From: Catajapyx aquilonaris
Taxonomy: Eukaryota
NCBI GenBank assembly: GCA_000934665.2
Contig: JYFJ02000540.1
Coordinates: forward strand, 1-64,000
DNA: 64,000 bases
Reading direction: 5' to 3'
Within the stretch, counting starts at the first letter, position 1. Each line of letters opens with the position of its first letter. The notes below the pieces were generated by a model. The model was not told where the DNA came from, did not search any database, and saw only the letters and a list, made by a program, of their open reading frames with translations. The position numbers were made by a program, and so were the translations under genes. Of this stretch, positions 1-13,000 are shown one piece after another.

Positions 1-1940
1 TTTCTGGAAGTATTTGATCACCGTTCGCAGCTCGATTTTGTCAATGTCGGAGACTAATCCGCACTTTCACGCCTGCAAGTGCCAGTATCTCCTGATAAAA
101 TGATGCAATCGGGGTGAGGTTTGGGGGTTGTTGCTCTAATGAGTGTCACTACCTTCAGGTGGAAGGACATCATTATCAGATCACGCCATCTACCTTAGGC
201 TCAGAACTTATTGGACGACCCTCGTATAGCCCAAAGTTAGCGTAGATCACCCTAAATGCGCCTGCTTTATTTCAGCTCACGTCGCAACATCGTGCGAATC
301 CGCTTCTGCAGATATGAGACTTTATGAACACTGCACACAAGTAAATCTCCATATCTCAGTTTTTCTTTTTATCAGCTCCGCTCTAAAAAGAATAAGTGTA
401 TAGCCAGCCAGCCACCATTAATTTAGTCTCAACACGTTGTACAGCCCTCCCCCATCGTCTTTCCAAAGATTGGATTTTCTGCTCGAGATCATACATTAGG
501 AGGGGGCGAGAAAGGGTCCCTGGACTTCTTAATCAGCCCCGGCTATACACAGCAGCAGGGAAATGGCCCAAAGGGGGTAAAGTGTATTTTGCGGCCGCAT
601 TATGAAGCAGCTGCAAGCACTTTATTCAGCTAAAACCGGCCGGATAATAATTAACGCCCAGGCCCAAAAGGGAAAGAAAAAGAGCCTTATATATACACCT
701 CCATGCAGATAATGATCCTCTCCGTTGCAGTGAGAAAGATGGTGTCGTGCTTCGCATATCGCTTTAAAGACATTGCTTGCGAATTTTTGATTTATAATGC
801 AGACTGCTGGAATGTTTGCCTGTATTGTGAGACACCTTTTAGGGTAATTTAGTCTGGAAAGACTCTTGATAGGTACAGCATTGAGCTTCATCCAGCTGCC
901 AGAAATCCTTCAGGAACAAAGAGCTGTTAATTACAATCTTAAAGTCAATCAGCTGTTGTGGTAGCACCCTACAGCGCAAGCGAAACTTCGCCTGGTTTTT
1001 TTTTGGAGCATGGGCTTTTAATTAGTGCAAAATACTAATTATACTGGACTTTTTGAAGCGGGAGGATGCTGGGAGGGCTGGTCCTGACTGTACACCTGGC
1101 GAAGATTGGAAACGAGTACCCCTAGAGTTGCAAGTCCTTTCGTTAACGATTTAGAGCAAGATGAGGGTTCACTAATCACCAGTTGGGCACATGCCAGACT
1201 GGCGACGTCGTCGTTGCGACGACGCTCCTTTTTATCAAGGCTCCGACGAGTTAGGAGAAAACGAGGCTTTGCATCCTGGTTATCTACGGCTTAGGTCTTC
1301 CCACCCTAGAAATTCACTCATCATACCGAGGTAAACAGGGTGTTTCCGGGCCACTTTTAATGCTGCAAAAGGCGTCTCTCTGCCGGCGGTTTGTCCAACT
1401 GCGAACAAATCGCAGGGCTTTGTGTTGACGGACGCAAACTTTCCGCCAAACTAAAGCAAACACTAACCTGCTTAGGGGCCGAGACCCCAAGTGACAAAAC
1501 GCGGCGGGTTGTGTCACGCACCCTAAAATGGTGGCCTTCGTTTTGCATTAATTATATGAGCCTGAGGGTCGCGTTCCTCACAGTCACCTCCCGTGTGACT
1601 TTCTCAATTAAACTGGCTTCCCGGAAATTAACTAATGAATCATTTCTGTGGTCTACCGTTGGTGTCACTGACCCCCCCTTCCTCCTTAATTGGACTTTGC
1701 CTATTCTCCTTACAGACTTTAAGTTAGTGACAATGTGTCAAGGCGATTGTCGACCGGACCATAATGCCTCTTAATGGGAACATCCTGGTCCGATATCTGG
1801 TCCTGTGTGACTCTCCAAACATTAATTTCTCCTGTGGGACTAGACAGCTCGTTATGGATACAAAATGTGCTGGAGGAATTTTCGCATCCAGCATCTGACT
1901 CATCAAAATTTATTTTAACTTCTGTATTATGACGAGAGTG

Positions 1941-2096
1941 AACCCGTTGTCAAAAATTAGCAACACTTCCCGCCCCTCCTCTTTTGGACTTAGTGCAAAA
2001 TTCCACTACCAGGTGGCGCACATGCTCTGCACACTACTGCCGCTCTCAGGGGGACAGTAGTACTACATGCACGTTGGTGATTAGTCATCGCGGACA
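1941..2096 (+). repeat. Dispersed repeat, copy 1 (inverted partner at ~17035-17197)
   Basis: ...CTCTGCACACT(A/C)CTGCC..CTCAGGGGGA..TAGTACTAC(A/G)TGCACGTTGGTGAT(T/G)AGTCA..GCGGACA matches the reverse complement of 17035-17197. Confidence 0.8.
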
Positions 2097-5000
2097 TACA
2101 CAGTCGCACCTAGCCAGTTCTGTATACAGGATGATTTAAAACGGTTTTACAAACTGCAGAAGTAGAATTCTGGGTCAGAAGCACCAGATGCTTCCTTTCA
2201 TAACGTTCTTGGTCTGCCAGAAAACTATCTGAGGGTGTGTATACAGCCAGATCGATAGTTCTCTCCAAACCATCAGTCATCCCACGGGTGACATTCAGTA
2301 GACGTTAGGTCGCCAGCCACGCTCAGATCGAGATTCAAGTGTGAGCATCCTATTAAAGTTCGAAAAACCATCAAAAGTTTGGCTTATAGGATAGCATCTC
2401 TCTGGCTCTTTCCACTTTGAAAAGCCGAGGGTCAATTAATCCCTCCCCCTTTTACAAGTGGGGACTTGACCTGTTCTACTCCGCCAACTTTCCAATAAGC
2501 AAGCCCAAGATAAACTTTTCAGCCTGGGCTGGAAAGTTTGATTAGAACCCGAGGATAGTGGAATAAGAGAAACCCTCCACAGACACCCCCCCCCCCCCTA
2601 AAAAAAAAAAGGAAGAGAGCAACTATTTGTGAATTCAGCTCGCGAGAAGAATCTGTTAAAAGGGAGAGGAGGCCACCCCCAAACAGTTAGAGATTCTACT
2701 CCACACCATCTCACAATAAGAAAGGAATGAAAACTGGAAGCTTTAATATCAAGCCTGGATTACAAAAAAATGCTGATTTATGCCACCGCATCGGCCATTG
2801 TGTGAACCACACTTTTTTTTAATATTCGGGCGGGACAAAAAACCGTCCCCTTTAAAATGTGTTCGGACAGCACCTAGCGAATTGTCCCGCCCGGAGGCGG
2901 CGTCTGTGTCCATCACGTTTCCCTTTCAAGGCTCGTCAGGAAGCGGCCAATATTTATGCAAAAAACCCTCCTTTGCTAGAGAGTTACGTGTCCCTGCGGC
3001 TACAACCAGGCCGGAATGAGAGGCCCCTGAAGGTGTCCCCAGGGCACACTACTTGTGTGGGGGGGACGCCGATCTTTCAAGTTGAAGAAGAAGAAAAAAA
3101 GAGTGTATAGTCCGAAGGCCCCAGAATCGACCTGGATCCGAATGGACTCCATTTACGAACCGGAGGTTGTTTCGTTCCTATTCTTTCGGAGGCTGGATGG
3201 GAAGCCATTGTGGTGCGATCTTAATCAACTACCGGTTCCTCTCTGGGAAAGGAAAAGTCACATATACAGGGTGTGCTGAAAGTCTGGGCACAATGGACAC
3301 GTAGAATAGACAGCTCATATTATGTACAACAGAGATTGAACTACAATATAGTAATTGCTTGAATCTGACGATTTGCAAAAGAAGAAATGAGGGCTTGCGA
3401 TTTTTCCATATTTAATATCGCGGACAATTCAAATGCTATAGTTTTAGGAATGCGGTGTGGAGGTGTTTGTTGCGAGCAGCACAGGCCATTTTTTTGGCAA
3501 GCAGATTATGAAAAGGGTTCTCTCCTCTGGGTTGCACGGTGGATAATATTCGTGCTGGTTTTTAATTACTTGGGAAACATTATTTTTTGAGCGAAAGTTT
3601 TATGGCACTTTTCTGGCAAGGCTAAAAAGCAGCATTACGCCCCGGTTTTATAATAAACGGCTTTTGAAAATTCCGTTACTGTAATAAAATTTTTGCACAC
3701 TCTGCCGGAGAAATACTATAAGGGGTGAGTATTGGGCAAGTGCTGGGTCCAGCAATGGGCAGGGAAAAGTTGCAGATTGTTGAATCACCAACCCTGGTAG
3801 GTAAACGTGAACTTGGTTGTTTCTTCTGTGTGCTTTTTGCAAAAATACAAAATCATACAAGGAAATGAGAATATGCAAAAATATGTTTAGGCCATGTTTG
3901 CTTGTAACATATTTCTGGATTTATTTGTAGTTATGGCAATATCATCTCTCCCCTCTGATAGTAAATAAGTAAATAAATAATAGATAATGATTTAGTAATT
4001 CGCACTCTAATACTATGCAGACAGTGGCTCCCTTCCTTCCACACAACATTGTGAGCGCACTTTGGCAACCTCTGAAAGCTAACTTTCCGTGGAATGAATA
4101 TTGCATGCCATTTTTCCCCCTCTCCGAAACCCGTCTCCCTATTGTACGGAGTTGGGTCCGGTGCGAAAAAGAATGGCAGTTAGGATTTTGCAGATTCCAG
4201 GTCTGTGTTCCCCGCGCCGCTAACTCTGCCCCGAGACCGCAATGCGCCGAGAGAGAGCTAGATCCTAAACCCTCTCCTCTCAAAAGCCGGTCCCAGCACT
4301 TTGAGGTAACTTTCGCAATTACAAACGTCAGACCCGATTCGAGTGAACGGCAGGGAATACCCTGCGATTTAATGGCATAATTAATTACTACCCGCCTCAC
4401 CTCCTCTCCCCCCCCCCCTCAAACTTACGTACGCCACGCACGTGTACGGAGGTTTGTGTTTCCAAAGGAAGCTTCTGGGAAACTATGACAAGTTTCCAAT
4501 GGTTTTGGGGAGAAACCTAGGCTAAGTTTGAAACCGCAACTTTATGCTTGGTGACAGATACAGAGATTCCTTTTGCATATTAGAAGTGTTTTCGGAGTGG
4601 TCCTCGACACTCTCAGAGTCGAAAATTGAAGGACAAGTTTTAAAAGGGCGGGAGGCTTGCCACTTCTATACCATGCTGTGTATAGTATATATATGTACCG
4701 AAGGCAGACTAAAAGCATTTTGACATTTCCCTGGGGGCAGAAACGCTTGCGGCTTTCACGGGGCAGAGGCATTTCTTATGAACACAATGCTTTTACGAGT
4801 GCGGGAGTAATGCACACTACCTGCATAATTTAAAACGCAGGTAAAAGGTTACTGGTGTCGCAAAGTCCGACTGTTACGGCCCTCTTGTGCATTGAGAATT
4901 GAAGAGTTCAAGATGTCGGTCGGTTTGCTGCTGCTGGGGTCGTATTATGCATGCAGTGAGTGCTTGTGGGATTGTTGACCTCTGCGGTTTACTAGTACCT

Positions 5001-8000
5001 GCAGTACAGTGACATAAACTCAAAGTGCATGATATTATTCAAAAAAAAGGTGCTCACAATTTCCCAAAAGACTGTTCTGATATGTGTGAGTGTACAGTAC
5101 AGGTGCTTTAAGTGACTGTTTTTTAAAACTAACCGCACCCTAATTAACCATCCTAGTTGCGAAATGAGCATCTGGCAATAGCATAACGAGGTGATTTAAG
5201 ATAGGCTTACCACTCCCGGTTTTTTTTTTTTTTTGCACGAGCTCCCAGATAGTTTGCCTTAGACATACCAATTTTATGCATATTCAGCAAGGTTTCCAGA
5301 AGGTTACCCTGCCGGCAATCACGGGCTCTGGAATCCTCCCAGCAAAGCCTCTGAGTGTAAATTTCTCCTGGCATTTTCGGAGGAAAGGGCCGCCCCCTTT
5401 TTTAGTAAAAAGAAAAAAGGAAGAAGAAAAAAAGATGCTGATACCGTGGTTTTCTTTGGCACACAAAAATCAATGAGTGGCGGCAAGAAAAGGGAGATCA
5501 GGCAAAAAAAACTTACGGATTTCGAAAGGTGGATAAACGAAGAAAAATTCCAGGGTGCACATGTCCAATCATCTGGTGCTGACCTGACCTTAAACATCGG
5601 CTCTCTTAACTCTTCCAAGAAAACGGACAGAATAAAAAAAATAAAAGAAGCTGCTTCCACTCGATGATTATATGTTTCGCAATTTCCAGCACGTATGTGC
5701 CGTTCGTAAAGTCGGATCGGAATTACTCAGCAGGCCCCACCGGGAGCAATAAATAGCTCATGAGAAATACATGGACCATTTTTCAGTCTGCACCAGGGAG
5801 AGAACTTTGCTATAGAAAAAAAAGAGAGGGCCTCCAACCAACTGCAATTGATCGCTACCCTGTCGTGTTGAGTAATCTGAAATCAAAATCTGCGAGCTGC
5901 TCGCATAGCAGCCAGGCACATCTCCCTACTAAGCTATTAGTCTTCTCTGGTTGCTTTTTTCTACAGGAGAAAATACGGCATTTCCACTCTGAATGTCGTC
6001 CCATCCAACCCTCACCTTCATCGAGGATGCGCCCACATCAAAAGAAGGGATCACAGCTCCTCCCCAAACCCTTATCGACCATCTGGCCCCAAAATCCTAT
6101 CCCCCCCAAAGCACAAGCTTCCCATCTCAGTGCTAGAAATTTGCTCTATTCTCAACTCACTACTGAGAGATAATAACTCGGGTCTTAATAACACCCTGGG
6201 TTACTATCAATTAAGCCACACCATACCCCCTACTGGTTTGTGTCCTATTCCCCACACTTATGATATCCCCCAAACTGTAGGGGAATTATTAGAGACAAAG
6301 CTGGGTTTATCCAACAATGTCCTGATTATATTTTATGGGTGATAGGTGTGTAGAGTTATTGGTGTTAAAGTGTCTAAACTACACCATACTACAGTAGAAT
6401 ATGGCTGAGGTTTGTAGAGCCAGGATATATTTTTAGAAACAGCAATACAATGTACAATATAACCAGAAACTTACAAAAAAATGAAAAAAAGTAGGGAGAA
6501 CGGGAATGGTTATATCAATATTTAACTATTGGGTCGTTTCGACTTCGTGTTTCTACAGTTCCTAGGTACACATTGCATACCTTTTACTTTTTTGATTTGA
6601 GGGCCCCCCCGGCTAGAAATGATGGGAATTGGTCGTACTCCTGCTTCGCTGCTGCAGCCCCCCGATCTCTTTAATGATCCCTCGGAGAATCGCGTTTGAA
6701 TAGCCCCATTTCCCAGCACTTAAAAAAAATAAAATCAGTATAAATCAGGAAAGACAGTTGAACGAGAGAGGGAGAAAAAAATGGTCCTGATCCCAGTCGC
6801 CACATGATGTGCCCTCTGAGACCAATTCCTTCACAAATTATTACAATTGCTCGGGGGCTTCACTCTCATACTAACGTTATAGTTATCAACAGTAGCGAAT
6901 GCAAAATTACTATTTGCTTATTTGTGCAGGACTCTCTGTACTTAAATTTTTATATATATTTAGTTATGCCCATGACCGGTTTCAGCCAGATTCAATTATT
7001 GCGTTGACTCCATCAAATATGAAACCTTTCAATTATGGAGTCCTTGAATGGTCTGGAAGCCTGACTATGCTTGTTCCTATATAAAAGAAACGTGATTATT
7101 TGCTACGGCCTTGTATTCCCATGCGGTACCTGCATATAGACAAAAATCCAGCTGTAGCCCCTTTTTTTGTCCCAGAACTTCGTGCACAAGTGCCAGAATC
7201 AATGGAGTGCAAGGCCACAATTTTCTCGTGGCCGAGGAAATGAAGCTTGTTTAACGCTCCGTTCCCTCTTCTCTTTTTTTCCATTTTCTCTACTTTTTTT
7301 CCCCCAGCTATTTCCAACCCCATGCCCCTCTAAAACCCTGGCAGTGTTTGAGTTAATGCTCCTCTTTTTTTCCCCCACAGAGTTTGGTTCGTCTCAATTG
7401 AAATAAAATCAAGCAGCCAACGGAGGTTCCTTTTTTTCTTCTGCTCTCCTCCAGCTGCACGCAGATGCCTTTTACTAACTTTTTTTCTTTTCCTTTTCAA
7501 CAACCGATACCAAACTTGTGTCTCTTGTTTTTTTTGCTTCCTCTTCCAGCATGATAACGTGCTTGGGAAGACACGAAACGTTATATGGTATCGGAGGATG
7601 TTGCCAAATAGTTCCTTTCACACGCCAGCGAGAACAATGTTCCCATCGGAGTTCTGCTGGAATACAACTATACAGGGCTGGGTAACAAAATAAAGCGCAA
7701 CACTTGCTAGTGTCGCCGCATTTATAATTAATGGAAGTAGCGAGCTTGTGCTTTTTTTTAAAAGGGCTACATTATGTTTTATCACGGGCCTTGTGAAAAT
7801 AAATAAACAATGCGGGAGGACTGTACAGCGCATGCAATGATCATCACCCACGTAATTAATCCGCCAATTTAAATTAAACAACGAGACGCATGCGAATTAA
7901 TTGTTAACACTGTACTATACGTTCAACGCAAACAAGCATATTATTATTAGGTAAAATAGTGTCTCTCTGCCCCCTGCTGTCTCTCCAAACACTTCAAAAT

Positions 8001-9879
8001 GGAGTATGTTTAGAATGTGTATTATTTTATAGGGATTCATAAACCTAAACTAGGCACCAACTTGCCAAATTTTTGATTTTTTTTGGCAAAATTGAGAAAG
8101 TGGAGAGGGAGAGAGAGACGCGGACCAGGCAGCGACATCCGACGGCGAAGTACCGAAGTAAGACGGTGCGGAGGTAGCGCCCGCGGCCGGAACGACGTTT
8201 GTGGGAACTCCGTGGTGGTTGGTTTTTTAGGCGGTCTGCGTTTTTTTGCGTTTTGTAAATTCCTTGGACACTATTTCCAAAAAAACAAAAGTTTATTGCA
8301 AATATAGGACACGCGGGCTAAATTTTGACACCACTTCCTATGCTGTAGACCGTACGCAGCGGGAGGAATCGCCATCACAGTAGCGTATTAAAAATATTGA
8401 TAATTAAATAAGTGTACATATCATTTCAGTGCAAAAATATTTGCATGCCAACACCTTTTCTCTAGTTACTACTCACAATATTTTGGCATCGGCCTACTTT
8501 AATTTTCATTCGAAATTAATTAACACAAGCAACGTTGTTATTACATTTCAGCATGGATATAATTCGATTTTATTTCTTCATACTATTGAAAGTGGTTCTT
8601 TTTTTGCAATTTCCTTCCTACGTTGTTATCCATACCAGTTAAAGTGATATACTCCTCACCACCTGCAATTTCAAATTCAAGTCTTAATTCCTTGCACCAA
8701 ACTTCGTCAATAGCACCTGTGTGTCCGATGATGTGAATAGAGTCCACTGACTGCTTTTTCTTTCCTATACACGTATACACATACACACACATCATCCAGC
8801 AGCAGCTGAGTGGCGGAAGAAATGAATCCGTCGGCTTTAATTCCAATTTGTCTGGTTGCGGGTGCAGTAGTGGGTCCCAGGAAGCCAGCTGGAAAGAGGG
8901 ACACAAAAGGGCCCACAGCTCACATCCACGTCTGGCCCCGCGCTTGGAGTTGTCGCAATGAAGCGCTCCTGATCCGATTTTATTAATTAATGAATTTATC
9001 CGAGTGCGATTCTCATTTCCCCCCGTTAAGCCACCGAGGGGCTGATCCTCTCTCCTCTCTCCCCACGTGCAGATTGCTCACTATGACATAGAAACGCACT
9101 CGCAAAAACCATCCTCGCCAGTAGATGGAAATCTCCTCGAGTGAAAAACACTATCAATTGAAAAGCCCACTAAAACCTATATGACACGCTCGGTACTGTA
9201 TATTTTCCAAACCCGGAGGTATTTTTTTTTTTTCGATGATTCGATTTCCACCAATGGGAAACGAGGCTGGGCTTAATTTTTCGGGACTTGCACTTTACAT
9301 TTTGTACAACTGTAGAGCAGCAGCAGCAGGCTTTTATATCAGCTCCAACAGAAACGGCAATCAGGTCGAAATGGATTTGCAAATAGGCAGACATCCACAA
9401 TGTTGCCACACGGAAAAGGGTATATGGCTTCGAGTAACAAGTGACGCGAATAGTGGTATACATTAGCAATTATTTCTGATGCACTTCATATAAATAAATA
9501 AAATATTTGGCAGCTCCAAATTTTCAGGTACTGATAAAGTTTAGTTCACACATTCCAAAAGCATCAAAAAATGATACAGCAGTTATTAATTTTTAAGAGA
9601 TTGAAATATTGTACGATTTACTATACAATATGTGATTTCACATTATACTGTAATGTAATAGATTTTACTCTAAATATTAGAACTCAACTTTAAGAAGGCA
9701 TTAATGGTTTAAAATGATAAACATTGCAGTATGATTTTATGTTTAAATTATGAAATTGCACATTCACCAGGAGTAATTATTGTGAAATGATTTCTAAAAA
9801 TACGAAACTGATTAATATTAATAAATAAATTAATAATACCAACAATGAATTGTTTTAAAAATAATGACAAAATTATCGA

Positions 9880-10000
9880 GGTATAATTAAAAATAATCAA
9901 ATGAAAATTAGAAATTATGGAATAATGAAATGAAAATTAAAAATAATCAAATAATCAAATGAAAATTAAAAATTATAAAATTATAGAGCAAAAATTATGA
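9880..10000. repeat. AT-rich degenerate tandem repeat
   Basis: Recurring AAATGAAAATTAAAAATAATC-like units. Confidence 0.6.
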
Positions 10001-13000
10001 AACCGTCAATCAATTTTATTTAGCCTCAGTGCTTGAATACACTGTCTCCGTACAGTATTAAAGCATTTATAATTAGCATTATATTTTTTAAAGAAAACAG
10101 GGGAAAGGAGGAGTAAATTTTCAAGTATCGTATAATATTATGTTCTTATCAGCTTATAATATTATAAAGCATCGAAATTTATAGTATCAATTGCTTATTT
10201 TAGCTGCTAAATTCATCAATATCTACTAATTCGCAGCTACCAGATATGCAACAAGCAACGCAGCCTGGTTGTGCCAAAATTTGTGTATTTAAAAAAAAAG
10301 CTCCGTGTAGGAATTAATTTCCTGGCGTAAATCCCCCTAATGACTACTTGAGTGGTTCCCAGGCCGATTTGAGGCTTAATCCGGTTGGGTGCACATATGC
10401 CTGGACTCATGAGCGATAACGAGGTGGCAACCCTCGGTTTTAACAGCTGTGGGCAAGGCCTTGCTCTCATGTGTTCATTTTCCTTGCGGCTCGACCCGAG
10501 CATAGGGGTTGCACCCAGCATTTAACGGCTTGGGCCCCAAAAGAGCTAGGCGAAATGTCCATTAGCCGTAATGGAACCCAGGCAAAAGGCCCATTCGCAA
10601 AACCGTGGGCTCCCCCAACCCTCCCCTCAGGAAAAGCACCTATTGGCTTATCACTCGCTATCAAGTCAGACTCTCCTTTACTTCCAAAGTGGACTTCCGG
10701 CCGGAGATATAACGGGCTCCCCCACTATTATATGACTGCTCGTTACAATGCTCGTTGCCACAACATATGCCCGTTATTACTTGTTTCACGGGAGCGGACC
10801 GCACCCTCTAAACACTCCATTTTGGCAGCCTTGCGCACACTCTTTTAGCCAATGGCACAGCAGGATTGGGAAGGAGCGCCAACATTTGCTTCAAGGTCAT
10901 GCGACATTTTGCTTCACTTTGTGGTAAAGCCTGATATTACGGTAATGTCACCTGCAAATAACATTTATCTCAAGTGGCATTTGGGTGCTCAGTATATTTT
11001 CCAATAATAGCCCCACTCTTTCCACGTTCAGGTCTCTCTCTGCCAGTATTCAACCCCATATTCATTTCCTCTGGAAAAGCAACTCTGCCTGCTGATGCGA
11101 CTGCAACATACGATGGGAATGACACTCACACATGACACGCGTCACGCCCGGAATTATACTGCTCTGGGGGGGGGGGGAAAAAAGGTTAGCTCCCCACCCA
11201 CCATGTCATTAGGCTCACACCGCACGTATGTGTCCGGAAAGCACGATTTCACCACTCCGACGACACATAACAAGCAGTGATTTTTTGACCACGTGTCGCT
11301 CTAATTAACATCGTCCCGAACCGATTGTCAGGCCATCGACACACACAAAAATAGGTGCACACAATTCCAACCTTCGCCTTAAACTTTTTTATGCACTATT
11401 TTGAAGTCGATATGGCAAGTTCCTCTAGGGACAGACTTGACTTTCAGATGAAGGCTGTGGCATTTTCTTGTCTCCTTCTATACCCTTTTGCCCGTTACAC
11501 CTTCCGCTCCTGTTTTCCGCATCTTGAAAAGTGCAAAAGGCAATATATGCCAGCAGTATATAGCTTGGATATCATCCCGGGTCCAAATCATTATAGTTTC
11601 CCCTGGAGAGCTTCGCTTCCTGGCTGGAGGAAACAAGTAAGCACCACTTCGATTGCCGCTGCTCGTGTAAATAATAAAACAGTGAAATGGACTAAAATAC
11701 GATGCCTGGAGGACTGGAAAGCGGCCCCCGCCATCTTTCCTCTTCATTTCCGCCAGTCCGGAGAGGACAATAAATTTTTTTTGAGCCTCCAGGTACTTGT
11801 GCACGTCCCCAAAAAATCCAGCTCTGGACAACTTGCCTTCAAAAAGACACACACCAGACAAGGTCAATCTCTGAAGCCTTCAGGTCTTGCGGAAGTCTTG
11901 GAGGAAGTTCAGGAACATACAAAAAAAAATCATTTGCTAGTGGGCCCAGTGAGCAAATAGTGCAGATAATTAGTTTAGCAATATGTATTATAATTTCACG
12001 GGTATATTGATGGAAAAGCTAAATATATATTTCATAAATGTGCTGATTGGCTGATTTACGTATAGTTCCCGGCAATGTTGCTGAAATATAAACGAGCCCT
12101 GCATATAGGCAAGAGTAAAATAATAATATTCTTTAATAACTTATTATTAATTAGGACAGCCAAATTGCACTGAAAAAAATATTTCATTAGACAATGTCGG
12201 ACTTTTTCCGGCTCTTTAAATATGACATAACGTGGCACAAATAATTATGAAAATGCAAGTGACAAACAGCGTGTTAAAAAAAGACCTGCAAACCTTTGCA
12301 GAATTATGCATTAGAATATAACACGATCACAATATGTTATAATTAATTACTGACGTGTGCCTGTACCGGCAGCAACAGTGAATCCCCGGTGTTAAAAGCA
12401 CGTTAATGATGTTAAATACACCGTATCGTGTGCTAATTAAGCTTGCAGCATCTATATATACATGCAACAATGTGTGTATTGCCCCCCCCCACCCCCACTA
12501 TTTTTAGGGGGGGGGGGGGTGGTTAAAAATCCGGTTAACGCAAACACGAAACCCTTCCTGTATATTTTATCATAATGCAGCAGAGGTCCGAGTTTATTAT
12601 TTCCAGATATCATCCAGCCGATGCGTATTCTCATTAACCTTTACAATGAACTGAACGGTCGAGCTATCATGGCTCTCATTAGGCGATGGGAGTGTCGTAG
12701 GCTGTATCCAGCGGTATCCAGATGTGTTTGAAAGCGTTCCTCTCTTATCTCAGTACACCTTGTATTAATGATCATACCAACAGAAGGTGTGCTTCAATGC
12801 AATGCCTCTGAACACAAACCGAGCGTGTTTTGCTCTGATGCTTGCGTGTGATGCATACTCCCGGAAGACCAGTCCACACGCACACTTTTACGCAAATGAA
12901 AATACCACTGGGGTCACGGCCCGGATATTATTTTCGGGTGCATGCCCTCCCCTTTTGATGGCCCCACCACTCTTGTTATTTTTGCATGCCAAATTGGTTC

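Noticed and set aside
3264..3290. TACAGGGTG mariner-like TIR starts (also ~35101 and ~38583)
   Set aside because: No partner TIR or transposase remnant found. Too short to call.
11355..11960. Longest non-Dscam ORF (201 aa), and the many other 60-150 aa ORFs in 1-33 kb and 57.3-64 kb
   Set aside because: No recognisable domain, many start at TTG/GTG, composition is driven by homopolymer runs, and there is no splice-consistent chain. They look like chance ORFs.
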